Notes under the pieces: model-generated | The model's database searches: none | What the model was told of the DNA's origin: nothing | Seen by the model: only the letters and a program-made list of their open reading frames with translations | In this document: one piece after another, positions 40,308-51,371 of the stretch | Layout of the letters: each line of letters opens with the position of its first letter | How positions within the stretch are numbered: the stretch's first letter is position 1 | Source: Alphaproteobacteria bacterium | GTDB lineage: Bacteria > Pseudomonadota > Alphaproteobacteria > Bin95 | Assembly: GCA_964291285.2 (NCBI GenBank) | Contig: OZ219785.1 | Coordinates: forward strand, 544,001 to 608,000 | Direction of reading: 5' to 3' | DNA length: 64,000 nucleotides | Program-made: the position numbers and the translations under genes

Positions 40308-41540
40308 TCAGACCGCCCGCGGGTTGAGGCCGAGGCTGCGGGAGCGCAGGTGGAGCATGGCGATCAGCGTGAAATTCATGGCGTTGAAGGCGACGCCCGA
40401 CAGGAAGGCCGGCGCATAGGAGCCGGTCACGTCGAATATGTATCCGGCAAGCGTGCCGCCGATCGCCATGCCGGCGCCCGCGAACATGTATTGCGCGCCG
40501 ACGCGCCAGCCGATCTCCGAAACCGGGAACCAGAGGCGCAGCAGCAGCGGGTAGCAGGGCATGATGCCGGCGAAACCGAGACCGAACAGGAGCGCGGCGA
40601 CGTAAAGCCCCGTCAGGCTCTCGACCATGGAAAAGACGACCATCATGACAAGCTGGCACAGGGACCCGATCAGGAGCGTCGGCGCCGCGCCGATGCGGTC
40701 CGACAGCATGCCGAAGGCGATCCGGCTGAAGAAGCCCGCCACCATCAGCACCGACAGGATTTCCGCCCCCCGCTCCTCCGCATAGCCGAGGTCGGAGGTG
40801 TGGGCCACCAGATGGACGATGGGCATGGACATCGCCCCGCAGCAGCCGATCACGGCGAGCCAGAGCGCGCCCTGCACCATTTCCGGCGGCCAGTCCAGCA
40901 CCTTGCCGCCCCGGGCGGCCGCGAGGCGGACCGGCCCGGGCGGCGGGGCCGGCGGTTTCGGGCGGATGAGCCAGCAGAGCGGCAGCATCGTCAGCGCCGC
41001 GAAAACGGCGTAGTAGAAATAGGTTTCCTGCCAGCCGACCGTCCGTTCGAGATGGCCGAAGACCGTCGGCCAGACGGCGCCGGCCAGCCCCTGCCCCGAT
41101 GCGATGATGGCGATGGCGAGCCCGCGCCGCCGGTCGAACCAGCGCGTCGCATTGGCGACGAGCGGCGCGATCATGGCCGACTTGCCGAGCAGGCCGATCA
41201 GGAGGCCGTTCGCGATCCAGAACCCCCAGCGGTCGTCCGACTGGCTCGCCACGAGGCTGCCGAGGCAGATCATGACGGAGCCGAACAGGATCGGCTGGAG
41301 GATGCCGCGCCTGTCCATCCACCAGCCCATCGCGACGCCGCCGATGCCGGTGCCGACCATCAGGAGCGAATAGGCGAAGGAGGGCACCCAGCGCTCGCCG
41401 CCGAGATCGGCGGCGATGGGCTTGAGCGCGACGAAGAGCAGTGTCGGCGCGCCGAGCGCGATGGCGTTCAGGATGAGCGACGCCCAGACGACCACCCAGC
41501 CGTAACGTACCTCGACGCTGGAAAACTGATGGTCGGACAT
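40308..41540 (-). CDS. MFS transporter
   Basis: YGWVVV, RWFDRRRGLA..I..SG, FGMLSDRIG; about 12 TM segments. Confidence 0.9.
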   Translation of the reverse strand: MSDHQFSSVEVRYGWVVVWASLILNAIALGAPTLLFVALKPIAADLGGERWVPSFAYSLLMVGTGIGGVAMGWWMDRRGILQPILFGSVMICLGSLVASQSDDRWGFWIANGLLIGLLGKSAMIAPLVANATRWFDRRRGLAIAIIASGQGLAGAVWPTVFGHLERTVGWQETYFYYAVFAALTMLPLCWLIRPKPPAPPPGPVRLAAARGGKVLDWPPEMVQGALWLAVIGCCGAMSMPIVHLVAHTSDLGYAEERGAEILSVLMVAGFFSRIAFGMLSDRIGAAPTLLIGSLCQLVMMVVFSMVESLTGLYVAALLFGLGFAGIMPCYPLLLRLWFPVSEIGWRVGAQYMFAGAGMAIGGTLAGYIFDVTGSYAPAFLSGVAFNAMNFTLIAMLHLRSRSLGLNPRAV

Positions 41541-41667
41541 GAGGGCTTGGCGCTCCTGCGGGCCGCGGCCGGATACTCGGGGCGGCGGCGGCGCAGGCCG
41601 CGCCGCTTGACTTCGCCGGACCGGCGCACGACGGTTCGCCGCGCGAATTTCGATTGGGAAACAAGAC

Positions 41668-42294
41668 ATGAGAATTCGTATCGTGGCAATGGCCGCCGCG
41701 TTCTGTGCGGTGCTGGCTTCCTGCGGTCCGCAAGGCAAATCCACCGTCGGAAAGACTGTCGCCGGCGCGTCGACGCAATTGTCGCAGTGGCAACATATCC
41801 CGCCAGCCGGCCTCCTCTTCGATCTCGGCGATCTTGGGAACATCGGGAATATCGGCCGCTCGGAGCGCCGTATCAGGGATAACCACATCGTACAGCATCG
41901 AGCGTATTTCGATGGCAGCGGCTACATGTGGGTAGAGCATTTAACCGCCGCGAACAGCGTCTTCAGCCTGCGCACAACCGCCCGCTACAACAAGGCAGAC
42001 TGGACCCTGGAAGCAGCGCGCCGATATTTCGCGGAACGCAAGGAGAAGGTGACGGTCGGCGAGAAACGGCACATCCACGAATACGGAAAGCGCGGCGGCT
42101 GGGTCGTTTCCGTCAGCAACGAGCAAGGGAGCCGGACCTGCCTTTTTGCCAGATTGGGATTTCTCAACGACAGCAGCAGAACCCGGACCTCCGGCGAGCA
42201 TTACGATACCGGCGTCTATTTCCTAGACTGTTCCGGGCGGCGCTCCCTGGACGACACCGCAGCATTCCTCAAGGAATTGAAGCTCGTATCGTAA
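41668..42294 (+). CDS. Lipoprotein of unknown function (paralog B)
   Basis: Lipobox LASC; shares RDN.IVQ.R.YFDG, YG.RGGWV, YDT...DCSG.RSL with paralog A. Confidence 0.8.
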   Translation: MRIRIVAMAAAFCAVLASCGPQGKSTVGKTVAGASTQLSQWQHIPPAGLLFDLGDLGNIGNIGRSERRIRDNHIVQHRAYFDGSGYMWVEHLTAANSVFSLRTTARYNKADWTLEAARRYFAERKEKVTVGEKRHIHEYGKRGGWVVSVSNEQGSRTCLFARLGFLNDSSRTRTSGEHYDTGVYFLDCSGRRSLDDTAAFLKELKLVS

Positions 42295-42303
42295 AGAGCG
42301 GGC

Positions 42304-42873
42304 TCAGGCCCGACCGGCGAAGGAGGAGAGCATGGAGGCGTCCACGCCGAGCTTGGCGATGGCGCGCGACCATTTCGATTCGAGCGCGTCGTCGAACAGG
42401 ATGGCGTCGTCTGCCGGCGCCGTCAGCCAGCCATTGTCCTGGATCTCGCCCTCGAGCTGCCCCGGCGCCCAGCCGGCATAGCCGAGCGCCAGCAGGCGCT
42501 TCTGCGGGCCGTCGCCGACGGCGATGGCCTTCAGAACGTCGATCGTCGCGGTCAGCCGGATATCCTCCGATACGGCAAGCGAGCCGTCCCGGTCGTAGTC
42601 GGAACTGTGGAGCACGAAACCGCGCCCGGTCTCCACCGGCCCGCCGGACAGGATCGACATGTCGGCCTCGCTGTCCTCGACCCCCAGCTGCTCCATCAGG
42701 TCCGTGAAGGAGAGCGATTCTAACGATTTGTTGATGACGAGGCCCATTGCGCCCTCATCGCCGTGGGCGCACATATAGATGACCGTGCGTTCGAAGCGCG
42801 GGTCGCTCATGCTGGGCATGGCGATCAGGAATTGGCCGGTCAGCCAGCCTTCTCCGGGGCGATCCTGCGTCAT
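42304..42873 (-). CDS. YqgE/AlgH (UPF0301) family protein
   Basis: GQFLIAMPSM.DPRF, GGPVE..RGFVLHS, LGYAGW.PGQLE.EI..NGWL. Confidence 0.95.
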   Translation of the reverse strand: MTQDRPGEGWLTGQFLIAMPSMSDPRFERTVIYMCAHGDEGAMGLVINKSLESLSFTDLMEQLGVEDSEADMSILSGGPVETGRGFVLHSSDYDRDGSLAVSEDIRLTATIDVLKAIAVGDGPQKRLLALGYAGWAPGQLEGEIQDNGWLTAPADDAILFDDALESKWSRAIAKLGVDASMLSSFAGRA

Positions 42874-42950
42874 GGCTTCGAGTGTAGCACAGCACGGACG
42901 GGTGTGAAGGCGGACGGTGCTCGGATGACAGGCGGCGGACGGAGCGGCGA

Positions 42951-44960
42951 ATGGGCGTGACGGCAGCCGGGCGGACGCTGCGATTCCTCGCCCTGGCTCT
43001 GGCGGTGTTCGCGGTCGCCGGGGAGGCGCGCTCGGCCGCTTCGCCCTGGGCGCGCACGCCGGAGGCCGCGGTGCGGCTCGTGTCGGCGAGCGAGGCCGTG
43101 GGCAGTCTCGACCGGCTGCGCCTCGGGCTCGAATTCGAGCTCGCGCCCGGCTGGAAGACCTACTGGCGCAGCCCCGGAGAGGGAGGCCTGCCGCCGGCGC
43201 TCGACTGGACCGGAAGCGGCAATCTGGGCGAGGCCAGCCTCTACTGGCCGGCGCCGGCGCGCTTCACCATTCTCGGCATAGACAGCGTCGGCTATGAGGA
43301 CGGCCTGCTGCTGCCCATGGATGTGCAGGTCCCCCGGCCGGGAGAGCCGGTGCGGGTCGCGCTCCGGGTGGACTATCTCACCTGTTCGGACATCTGCGTT
43401 CCGCAAAGCGCGGATCTGGCGCTGGCCCTGCCCGCCGGCCCGGCCCGGCCCTCGGCGGAGGCCTTCGCCATCGACCGCTGGCGCGGCCGCGCACCCCGGC
43501 CGGAGCCCGCGGCAGGCCGGGCGGAGCTCGCCCGCGACGGCGACGGAGCGGTCCTGCATGTCCCCCTGCCCGGCCTGGAGGCGGAGGACATATTCATCGA
43601 GGCGGAGGGCTTCGCCGCTTTCGGCCGGCCGACACCCGTTGCAGGCGGGCTGGCGGTGCCGGTGGCCTATGCGAAAGGCGGCCCGGACGCGCTGCTCGGC
43701 CGCGAGCTGGTGGCAACCGTCACCGGCCGCGGCGGGGCGCTGGAGCAACGCCTGCGCGTGGCCCCGGCGGGCGAGGCGGCTTCATACGGCCTCGCAATCA
43801 TCCTGGCGCTGGCGCTTGCCGGCGGCGTCATCCTCAACCTCATGCCCTGCGTTCTGCCGGTGCTCGGCATCAAGCTCATGCATTTCGCGGGGCTCGGCGG
43901 GGCCGGACGGGGCCGGGCGCGGGCAGAGTTCCTGGCCGTCGCCGCGGGCATCGTCTTTTCATTCTGGCTCCTGGCCGGGGCGGCGATTGCGGCGGCGGCG
44001 GCCGGCATGGCGGTCGGCTGGGGCGTCCAGTTCCAGCAGCCGGTTTTCCTGGCGGCGATGCTGTTCCTGCTGCTGCTGTTCGCGGCCAATCTCTGGGGCG
44101 CCTTCGAGATTCCCGCACCCCGCTTCGCCGGCGGGCTGCGCGGCGGCCCGTTCCTCACCGGCATGTTCGCGACGCTGCTGGCGACGCCCTGCTCCGCGCC
44201 TTTCGTGGGGACGGCGGTCGGCTTTGCGCTGACGCGGGGGCCGGTGGAGGTCGCGCTCATCTTCACGGCGCTCGGCCTCGGCCTGGCGCTGCCCTATCTG
44301 GGTGTGGCGGCCTTTCCGGGCCTGGCGGCGGCGCTGCCGAAGCCGGGCCGCTGGATGGCGCGGCTGCGCTTCGTCCTGGGCCTGGCGCTGGTGGGCACGG
44401 CCGTGTGGCTGCTGACGGTGCTCGCAGCGCAACTCGGCTGGGCGGCCGGCCTGGGGGCGCTCCTGGCAGCGGCCTTGCCGGCGGCGCTCGTGGCGGCATG
44501 GGCGCGGCTCCGCGGCCGCCTTCTCGCAGCCGGGGCCATGGCGGCGGCAGCGGCGGGCCTCGCAGCGGTGATCGCCCTTCCGGCGGCGATGGACCAGGCG
44601 GCGCCCGAAGGCCGCTGGCAGGCGTTCGACGAAGCGCGGATCGGGCCGCTGGTGTCCCAGGGGCGCACGGTCTTCGTCGATGTAACCGCCGACTGGTGCA
44701 TCACCTGCAGGTTCAACAAGGCGGCCGTGCTGGACCGGGGCCCGGTCGCGGCCCATCTCGCCGGCGATGTGGTGGCGATGCGCGCCGACTGGACCCGGCC
44801 CGACCCGGCGATCTCGGCCTATCTCGCCCGCTTCGCCCGCTACGGCATCCCCTTCAACGCGGTTTACGGCCCGGGCGCGCCCGCGGGCATCGCGCTGCCG
44901 GAGCTGCTGACGGACGGCGCCGTTCTGGAGGCGATGGACAGGGCCGGACGGAAAGACTGA
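42951..44960 (+). CDS. Protein-disulfide reductase DsbD/ScsB family
   Basis: GWKTYWRSPG, CSDICVP, NLMPCVLP, LATPCSAPF, thioredoxin WCITC. Confidence 0.92.
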   Translation: MGVTAAGRTLRFLALALAVFAVAGEARSAASPWARTPEAAVRLVSASEAVGSLDRLRLGLEFELAPGWKTYWRSPGEGGLPPALDWTGSGNLGEASLYWPAPARFTILGIDSVGYEDGLLLPMDVQVPRPGEPVRVALRVDYLTCSDICVPQSADLALALPAGPARPSAEAFAIDRWRGRAPRPEPAAGRAELARDGDGAVLHVPLPGLEAEDIFIEAEGFAAFGRPTPVAGGLAVPVAYAKGGPDALLGRELVATVTGRGGALEQRLRVAPAGEAASYGLAIILALALAGGVILNLMPCVLPVLGIKLMHFAGLGGAGRGRARAEFLAVAAGIVFSFWLLAGAAIAAAAAGMAVGWGVQFQQPVFLAAMLFLLLLFAANLWGAFEIPAPRFAGGLRGGPFLTGMFATLLATPCSAPFVGTAVGFALTRGPVEVALIFTALGLGLALPYLGVAAFPGLAAALPKPGRWMARLRFVLGLALVGTAVWLLTVLAAQLGWAAGLGALLAAALPAALVAAWARLRGRLLAAGAMAAAAAGLAAVIALPAAMDQAAPEGRWQAFDEARIGPLVSQGRTVFVDVTADWCITCRFNKAAVLDRGPVAAHLAGDVVAMRADWTRPDPAISAYLARFARYGIPFNAVYGPGAPAGIALPELLTDGAVLEAMDRAGRKD

Positions 44961-45061
44961 TCCCATGACCGGGGTGCGGGGTTCCTTGCAGGGCCGCGCC
45001 CGGCGATGTAACCCTCGCGCAATCCCGCCGGACCGTCTTCCCGGCCGGACGGAGGCAAGCG

Positions 45062-45754
45062 ATGGGCGTCGGCGGTGCGGACCTGGAGACAATCGGGCAG
45101 TTTCCCCTGTTCCAAGGGCTGTCGCCGGACGCGCTACACTCGCTGGTGCGGGGCGCGGACGTCCGGGACTGCGCCAAGCGCACGGTCATCTTCGAGCAGG
45201 GAGAGCCGGTCACCCACTTTTTCGGCGTGCTGTCCGGGTGGGTGAAGCTGTTTCGCCTGCGCCCGGACGGCTCCGAAGTGATTATCGAGGTCTTCGGCCC
45301 CGGCGAATCCTTTGCCGAAGGCGCGATCGGCATGCCGGAAGGCTATCCGGTCTCGGCCGAAGTGGTCGACGACAGCCGCCTGCTCGCGGTGCCGGTCGCC
45401 GACTATGTCGGGCGGTTGCGGGAAGACCCGGATCTGGTTGTCAGGACCTTTTCCTCGCTTGCGGTGAACCTGAAGCGGCTGGTCTCCCGGATCGAGACCG
45501 GCAACAGCCTGAACTCCTCGCAGCGCGTGGGCGCTTTCCTCTTGAATTTCTGCCCGCCGCCAGGGCCTGGCGCAGGCGGCGTCGATGTGCGCCTGCCCTA
45601 TGACAAGAAGCTGATCGCCAACCGGCTCGGCATGAAGCCCGAGACCTTTTCGCGGGCGCTGGCAAGCCTCAGAAAGCATGGGGTGACGGTCCGGGGCGGC
45701 AATGCTCACATCGCCGATCCTGCCCGCCTTTGCCGCCATGTCTCGCCCGAATAG
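45062..45754 (+). CDS. Crp/Fnr family transcriptional regulator
   Basis: cNMP-like domain (GPGESFAE) plus HTH IANRLGMKPETFSRAL. Confidence 0.92.
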   Translation: MGVGGADLETIGQFPLFQGLSPDALHSLVRGADVRDCAKRTVIFEQGEPVTHFFGVLSGWVKLFRLRPDGSEVIIEVFGPGESFAEGAIGMPEGYPVSAEVVDDSRLLAVPVADYVGRLREDPDLVVRTFSSLAVNLKRLVSRIETGNSLNSSQRVGAFLLNFCPPPGPGAGGVDVRLPYDKKLIANRLGMKPETFSRALASLRKHGVTVRGGNAHIADPARLCRHVSPE

Positions 45755-45797
45755 CCGGACCGGGCGCCAGACCCGAACGAACGAAGGAGCCGCCCCC

Positions 45798-47162
45798 TTG
45801 CCCGCCGCCATCGATTACGACGCCCTTCTTGCCCCCGGCCTGCCGCCGCCGGCCCCGCGCTGGAACGGCTTTGCGCCCTATAATTTCATCGGCGGCAATG
45901 TCGATGCGGCGAGCATGCCGGTCGAGGACATGATTGCCGCGACCGCCTCGGCGCTCCGCCGGGAGGGGGCGACGCTGGCGACCTACGGGATGGAGAGCGG
46001 GCCGCTCGGCTACCGGCCGCTCCGGGAATTCGTTGCCGCCAAGCTCCGCAAACGCAGCGGCCTCTCGGTCTCGCCCGACAATGTGCTCATCACCTCGGGC
46101 TCGAACCAGGGGCTGGACCTCGTCAACGAGATATTCCTCCGTCCCGGCGATACGGTCCTGGTCGAGCAGTTCAGCTACGGCAGCGCGCTCGCCCGCCTGC
46201 GCAAGCTCGGCGTCAGGCCGGTGGGCATTCCGCTGGACGATGGCGGCATGCGCATGGACCGGCTTGCCGAAAAACTGGCCGCGCTTGCCTCCGAGGGCGT
46301 AAAGCCGAAATTCATCTATGTCATCCCGACGATCCAGAATCCCGGCGGCAGCATCATGCCGGAAGCCAGGCGGGCCGAGCTGCTGCGCCTTTCGGCGGAA
46401 TACGGCGTGCCCGTCTTCGAGGACGAGTGCTACGCGGACCTTCTGTGGACGGGCGAGCGCCCGCCCGCCATCGCGGCAATGGACGAAGGCAACCGGGTGA
46501 TCCATTGCGGATCGTTCTCGAAGACGATCGCGCCGGCGCTGCGTGTCGGATACATCCACGCCGAGCCCGCCCTCATCGCCCGTATGGTCGCTTGCAAGAC
46601 CGACGGCGGCACCGGCGCGCTCGAACAGCTGATGCTGGCGGAATACTGCCGGACCCGCTTCGATGCCCATGTCGATCGTGTAATACCACCGGCCACAGAT
46701 AAGAACCGATTAGCCTCTCTCGGCGGAGATTACCTCTTGCAGTAGGAGGCCTCGGCTCAGGGGGCGAGCTGCGGAGGGAGGATCTGCTATCGGTTCCAAT
46801 CAACGACCGTTGGTATAACGGGGCTGCTCAAGGAGAAGCTCGACGCCATGACCGGGGCGCTGGAGGAGCATTTCGGCACGGCCGCGGAGTTCGTGCCGCC
46901 GGAAGGCGGCATCTTCCTGTGGATTTCCCTGCCCGACGCCGTGGACGCGATGAAGCTCGCCGCCGCCTCGGCGGCTGCCGGCATCGCCATCAATCCCGGC
47001 CCGGAATGGTCCGCCGAGGCCGAGCCCGCCCGGTCGCGCATCCGGCTCTGTTTCGGCAACCCGACCGTGGAGGAAATCCGCGGCGGCGTGGGGAAGCTCG
47101 CCGAGATCTGCCACCGCGAGTTCGGGATTCCGCTCCGGAGCGGCAATATCGAGCGCGCCTGA
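45798..47162 (+). pseudogene. PLP-dependent class I aminotransferase interrupted by a 132-bp MITE
   Basis: ITSGSNQGL, IPTIQNPGG, FEDECY, GSFSKTIAPALRVG; the C-terminal part PEGGIFLW..IRLCF is in the same frame after the insertion. Confidence 0.88.
46684..46815. mobile_element. 132-bp MITE with TAA target duplication
   Basis: Ends TACCACCGGCC / GACCGTTGGTA (imperfect IR); TAA at 46681-46683 and 46816-46818; removal restores ..HVDRVTGLLKEKLDAM.. Confidence 0.85.
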
Positions 47163-47181
47163 CCTCGGCCCGGCCGCGCCT

Positions 47182-48282
47182 TCAGGGCCGGCCGGAGCCG
47201 CCTTCGAGGGTGAGTACGCGGGCGGCGAGACGGCGCAGTTGGGTTGCGACGTGGCCCATGCGCGCCAGATGCGCCTGGGCGGCGAGATAGACGGATTTGG
47301 GCCGCGCCGGATAGCCGAGCCAGACCTGGCCCGCCGGCACGGACTTCCAGACCGCCGCAGCACCCCCGACCACCGCGTCGTCACCGATCTCGATATGGTC
47401 GGCGAGCATGGCTGCGCCCCCCAGCACCACCCGGTCGCCGACCCGCGTGCTGCCGGCGATGCCGGTGTTGCCGGAGATCAGGCAGTCCTCGCCGATGGTG
47501 ATGTTGTGGGCGATCTGGCAGAGATTGTCGATCTTGGTGCGCGCGCCGATGCGGGTCGCCCCGATGTTGGAGCGGTCTATGCAGCTGTTGGCGCCGACCT
47601 CCACATCGTCGCAGAGCTCGACCCGGCCGAGCGAGCCGATGCGCCGGACCCGCTCATTGACCACCCCGTGATAGTCCCCGGAGCGCCGCGCCACCTCGAA
47701 GGAGGCCGGCCCGTGCGTCACATAGCTGAAGCCGTCCGCACCGATGACGGCGCCGGCCTGCAGGATCACCCGCGCGCCCAGCACCACGCCTTCGCCGATG
47801 CGCGCGCCTGCATGGATCAGGCAGTCGGGCCCGATGCGCGCGCCCGCCCCGACCGAGGCGTGGGAGAGGATGCGCGCGCCCGCGCCGATCTCCGCGCCCG
47901 GCCCGACCGATACGAACGGCCCCAGCGAAACGCCCGCCCCCAGAACCGCGCCGTCATCGACCGCGGCGGTCGGATGCACGCCCGGCGGCGCATGCGGCTC
48001 CGGCTCGAACAGCGCCACCAGCCCGGCCAGCGCATAGCGCGGCGCCTCCACCTCGACCCAGCCGTCGAGCGCGCCCTCGGGCGGCTCCGCCCCTTCCGGC
48101 AGCACGGCGGCGCGAACGGGCGACTCCGCCAGCATGGCCGCGTGGCGCGCCTCCATCAGGAAGATGAGGTCGTCCGCCCTGCGCGCCTCGGCCGGATGCA
48201 CCAGCCGCTCGACCGTGAGCCCTCCGTCGCCGTGCAAGCGCCCTTCGGTCGCGGCCGCGACCGCTTCGAGCGCAACGGCCAT
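47182..48282 (-). CDS. lpxD: UDP-3-O-(3-hydroxymyristoyl)glucosamine N-acyltransferase
   Basis: Hexapeptide repeats; [33 protein letters not shown]. Confidence 0.92.
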   Translation of the reverse strand: MAVALEAVAAATEGRLHGDGGLTVERLVHPAEARRADDLIFLMEARHAAMLAESPVRAAVLPEGAEPPEGALDGWVEVEAPRYALAGLVALFEPEPHAPPGVHPTAAVDDGAVLGAGVSLGPFVSVGPGAEIGAGARILSHASVGAGARIGPDCLIHAGARIGEGVVLGARVILQAGAVIGADGFSYVTHGPASFEVARRSGDYHGVVNERVRRIGSLGRVELCDDVEVGANSCIDRSNIGATRIGARTKIDNLCQIAHNITIGEDCLISGNTGIAGSTRVGDRVVLGGAAMLADHIEIGDDAVVGGAAAVWKSVPAGQVWLGYPARPKSVYLAAQAHLARMGHVATQLRRLAARVLTLEGGSGRP

Positions 48283-50354
48283 CAGGCGGCGCGCACCCAG
48301 ACCGCCGTGTCGTGGAACACGCCGCCGCCGACGGGCGGCGCCGCATCGGCGGAGGTGAGCGCGTTGATGCCGAGCCCTTCCTCGAACGCCTCATGCGGCC
48401 AGATGCTCTCCACCACCACGACGCCCCGCCTCACCCCGTCGAAATGCCGGGCGTGGACGACGACCGACGCCTTGTCGTTGCCGACCCGCGTGCGCCCGCC
48501 GTCCGGAATGCCGAGCGCGTCCGCGTCCTCGGGATGGATCATCACCGTCGGCCGCCCCTCGCGCTGCCGCGAAGTCGGCGTCTCGGTGAAGGAGGAGTTG
48601 AGATAGCCGCGCGCCGGCGAGGTCGCCATGCGGAACGGCTTGTCGTCGGTGGCGTTCTCGATCGCGTCCCAGTGGTCCGGCAGGCGCGGCATCGACCCGG
48701 CGATATTGTGGGCGCGCGGCGCGAAGGCCTCCCAGTCGGGCTTGAAGCGGAACCTGCCGTCGGGCCAAGCGAAGCCGTCCAGGTAATGCGCGGCGCGGAA
48801 GTCCGGCTGGGCGTCGGTCCAGCGCTCGCGCTTGAGCGCCTCGAAGCCCGGATAGCCGGAGCGCCGGAGCGTCTCGTCGGCCACCTCGGCCGCGGTCATG
48901 GCGTAGCCCGGATGGTCCGCCCCGAGCCGCTTTGCGAGCGCCGCCGTCACTTCGTGGTTCGACCGGCATTCGCCCGGCGGCTCGACGATCTTCGGCCCCG
49001 CGATGACATAGCTGTGCCCGCCGCCCTGGTAGATGTCGTCATGCTCGAGGAACATGGTCGCCGGCAGCACGAGGTCGGCCATTTGCGCCGTCGCCGTCAT
49101 GAACTGCTCGTGCACGCAGGTAAACAGGTCCTCGCGCTCGAAGCCGGCGCGGACCAGCAGATGTTCGGGCGCCACCATCATCGGGTTGGTGTTCTGGATC
49201 AGCATGGCGGTCACCGGCGGGCCGCCCTGGAGGTCGGCGGGATTGCCGGTCAGCACCGGGCCGATGCGCGTCTGGTCGAGCAGGCGCACGTCGGGGTCGC
49301 GCACGTCCAGCCCCTCGATCAGCGACTTGTCCCAGCCGTAGATCGCGCCGTTATTGTGGAAGGCGCCGCCGCCCTCATATTGCCAGGCGCCGGTGACCGC
49401 GGCGATGCAGGATGCGGCGTGCATGTTCACCGCCCCGTTGCGCTGGCGCGAGAAGCCGTAACCGAGGCGCAGATAGGTGCGCTTGGTGCGCCCGATCTCG
49501 CCCGCGAGCGCCTCGATCTCGGCCGCCGGCACGCCGCATATCGCCTCCGCCCATTCCGGCGTGCGGTCCGCCAGATGCGCTTCCAGCTCCGCCGGCGCGT
49601 CGGTCATCGCCTCCAGCCAGGCGCGGTCGGCATGGCCGTCGCGGAACAGCACATGCATGATCGCGCAGGCGAGCGCGCCGTCCGTGCCGGGGCGCACGCA
49701 GAGGAAGCGGTCGGCCTGCTTCGCCGTCTCGTTGCGATAGACGTCGATGACGGCGATGCGCGCCCCCCTCTCCTTGCGGGCGCGGACCGCATGGGTCATC
49801 ACGTTCACCTGGGTGGCGGCGGCGTTGGTGCCCCAGATGACCAGCAGGTCGGCCTTCGCCATCTCTCGCGGGTCGGAGCCCGCGAGTTTGCCGGTGCCGG
49901 CGATGAAGCCGTTCCAGGCGAGCGTCGTGCAGATGGTGGCATGGAAGCCGGAATAGCGCTTGGCGTGGCGGAGGCGGTTGATGCCGTCGCGCTGCACGAG
50001 GCCCATCGTGCCCGCATAATAGTAGGGCCAGACGGTCTCCGGCCCGAGCTTCGCCTCGGCTTCCAGGAACTTCTCCGCGCAGAGGTCGAGTGCGGCGTCC
50101 CAGGAAATCCGCTCGAACCTGCCCGAGCCTTTGGGGCCGGTGCGGACCATCGGGTGGAGCAGCCGGTCCGGATGGTGGATGCGCTCGGCGTAGCGCGCGA
50201 CCTTGGCGCAGACCACGCCGGCGGTATAGTCGTTGTCGCGCGCGCCCCGGACGCGGCCGATGCTGCGGGCGTCGAAGCGTTCGACCTCGAGCGCGCAGGT
50301 AGAGGGGCAATCGTGCGGGCACGCGCTGAAATGGATGGTCGGGCTTCCGTCCAT
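48282..50354 (-). CDS. Molybdopterin (bis-MGD) oxidoreductase family protein
   Basis: [45 protein letters not shown]. Confidence 0.9.
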   Translation of the reverse strand: MDGSPTIHFSACPHDCPSTCALEVERFDARSIGRVRGARDNDYTAGVVCAKVARYAERIHHPDRLLHPMVRTGPKGSGRFERISWDAALDLCAEKFLEAEAKLGPETVWPYYYAGTMGLVQRDGINRLRHAKRYSGFHATICTTLAWNGFIAGTGKLAGSDPREMAKADLLVIWGTNAAATQVNVMTHAVRARKERGARIAVIDVYRNETAKQADRFLCVRPGTDGALACAIMHVLFRDGHADRAWLEAMTDAPAELEAHLADRTPEWAEAICGVPAAEIEALAGEIGRTKRTYLRLGYGFSRQRNGAVNMHAASCIAAVTGAWQYEGGGAFHNNGAIYGWDKSLIEGLDVRDPDVRLLDQTRIGPVLTGNPADLQGGPPVTAMLIQNTNPMMVAPEHLLVRAGFEREDLFTCVHEQFMTATAQMADLVLPATMFLEHDDIYQGGGHSYVIAGPKIVEPPGECRSNHEVTAALAKRLGADHPGYAMTAAEVADETLRRSGYPGFEALKRERWTDAQPDFRAAHYLDGFAWPDGRFRFKPDWEAFAPRAHNIAGSMPRLPDHWDAIENATDDKPFRMATSPARGYLNSSFTETPTSRQREGRPTVMIHPEDADALGIPDGGRTRVGNDKASVVVHARHFDGVRRGVVVVESIWPHEAFEEGLGINALTSADAAPPVGGGVFHDTAVWVRAA

Positions 50355-50417
50355 GGTTAGGGCCGCTCCCTGCGGTTGCGGCCGGCGAGTATAGCGAACG
50401 GGAGGGGCGCGCGCGAC

Positions 50418-51347
50418 ATGACGGAACTACGGGAGATCGCAGGCGGGCTCCGCTTTCCCGAGGGGCCGGTGGTCCTGCCCGGCGGCGACATTCTGGTCTG
50501 CGAGATCGCGGCCGGGCGCATCGCGCGCATCGCCCCGGACGGCGCGCGGACGGTCGCGGCCGAGACCGGCGGCGGCCCCAACGGCGCCGCACTCGGCCCC
50601 GACGGCAGGCTCTGGGTCTGCAACAATGGCGGCATGGAGTGGTTCGACCGCGACGGCAGGCTCTTCCCGATCGGCTGCGCGCGCGACTATGAGGGCGGCT
50701 CGATCCAGCGCGTCGATCTCGAAACCGGCGCGGTCGAGACGGTCTGGCGCGACTGCGGGGGCGAGCCGCTCAAGGGGCCGAACGACCTCGTCTTCGACCG
50801 CACGGGCGGCCTCTGGTTCACCGATCATGGCAAGGACCGCGGGCGCTCCCGGGACGTGACCGGCCTCTTCTACGCGCCGGCCGGGGGCGGACCCGTCCGC
50901 GAGGCCGTCTGGCCGCTCCACGCGCCGAACGGCGTCGGCCTCTCGCCGGAGGAGGACCGCGTCTATGTGGCGGAGACCGAGACCGCGCGGCTCATCGCCT
51001 TCGACCTGGAGGCGCCGGGCGTCATCGCCGGTTCGGATGGCAAGCGCGTGCGCGGCCATCGCGGACGCTGCCTCCACGGGGCGCCGGGCCTGCAATTCTT
51101 CGATTCGCTTGCGGTCGATGCCGACGGCCGCATCTGCGTCGCCACCATCCACAATGGCGGCGTCACCGTCATCCCGCCGGACGGCGGCGCGGCGGCGCAT
51201 GTGCCGATGCCGGACCCGGTGACCACCAACATCGCCTTCGGCGGCGAGGGGCTGCGCACCGCCTACATCACGCTGTCCATGTCCGGCCGGCTGGTGTCCG
51301 TCCCCTGGGACCGCCCCGGCCTGCCGCTCAATTTCCTGAACCGGTAG
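50418..51347 (+). CDS. SMP-30/gluconolactonase family protein
   Basis: GLRFPEGPV, GGPNG, GPNDLVFD..GGLWFTD, PNGVGLSP, TNIAFGG. Confidence 0.9.
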   Translation: MTELREIAGGLRFPEGPVVLPGGDILVCEIAAGRIARIAPDGARTVAAETGGGPNGAALGPDGRLWVCNNGGMEWFDRDGRLFPIGCARDYEGGSIQRVDLETGAVETVWRDCGGEPLKGPNDLVFDRTGGLWFTDHGKDRGRSRDVTGLFYAPAGGGPVREAVWPLHAPNGVGLSPEEDRVYVAETETARLIAFDLEAPGVIAGSDGKRVRGHRGRCLHGAPGLQFFDSLAVDADGRICVATIHNGGVTVIPPDGGAAAHVPMPDPVTTNIAFGGEGLRTAYITLSMSGRLVSVPWDRPGLPLNFLNR

Positions 51348-51371
51348 GGCGCGGCCGCATCGGGTCGCGCG

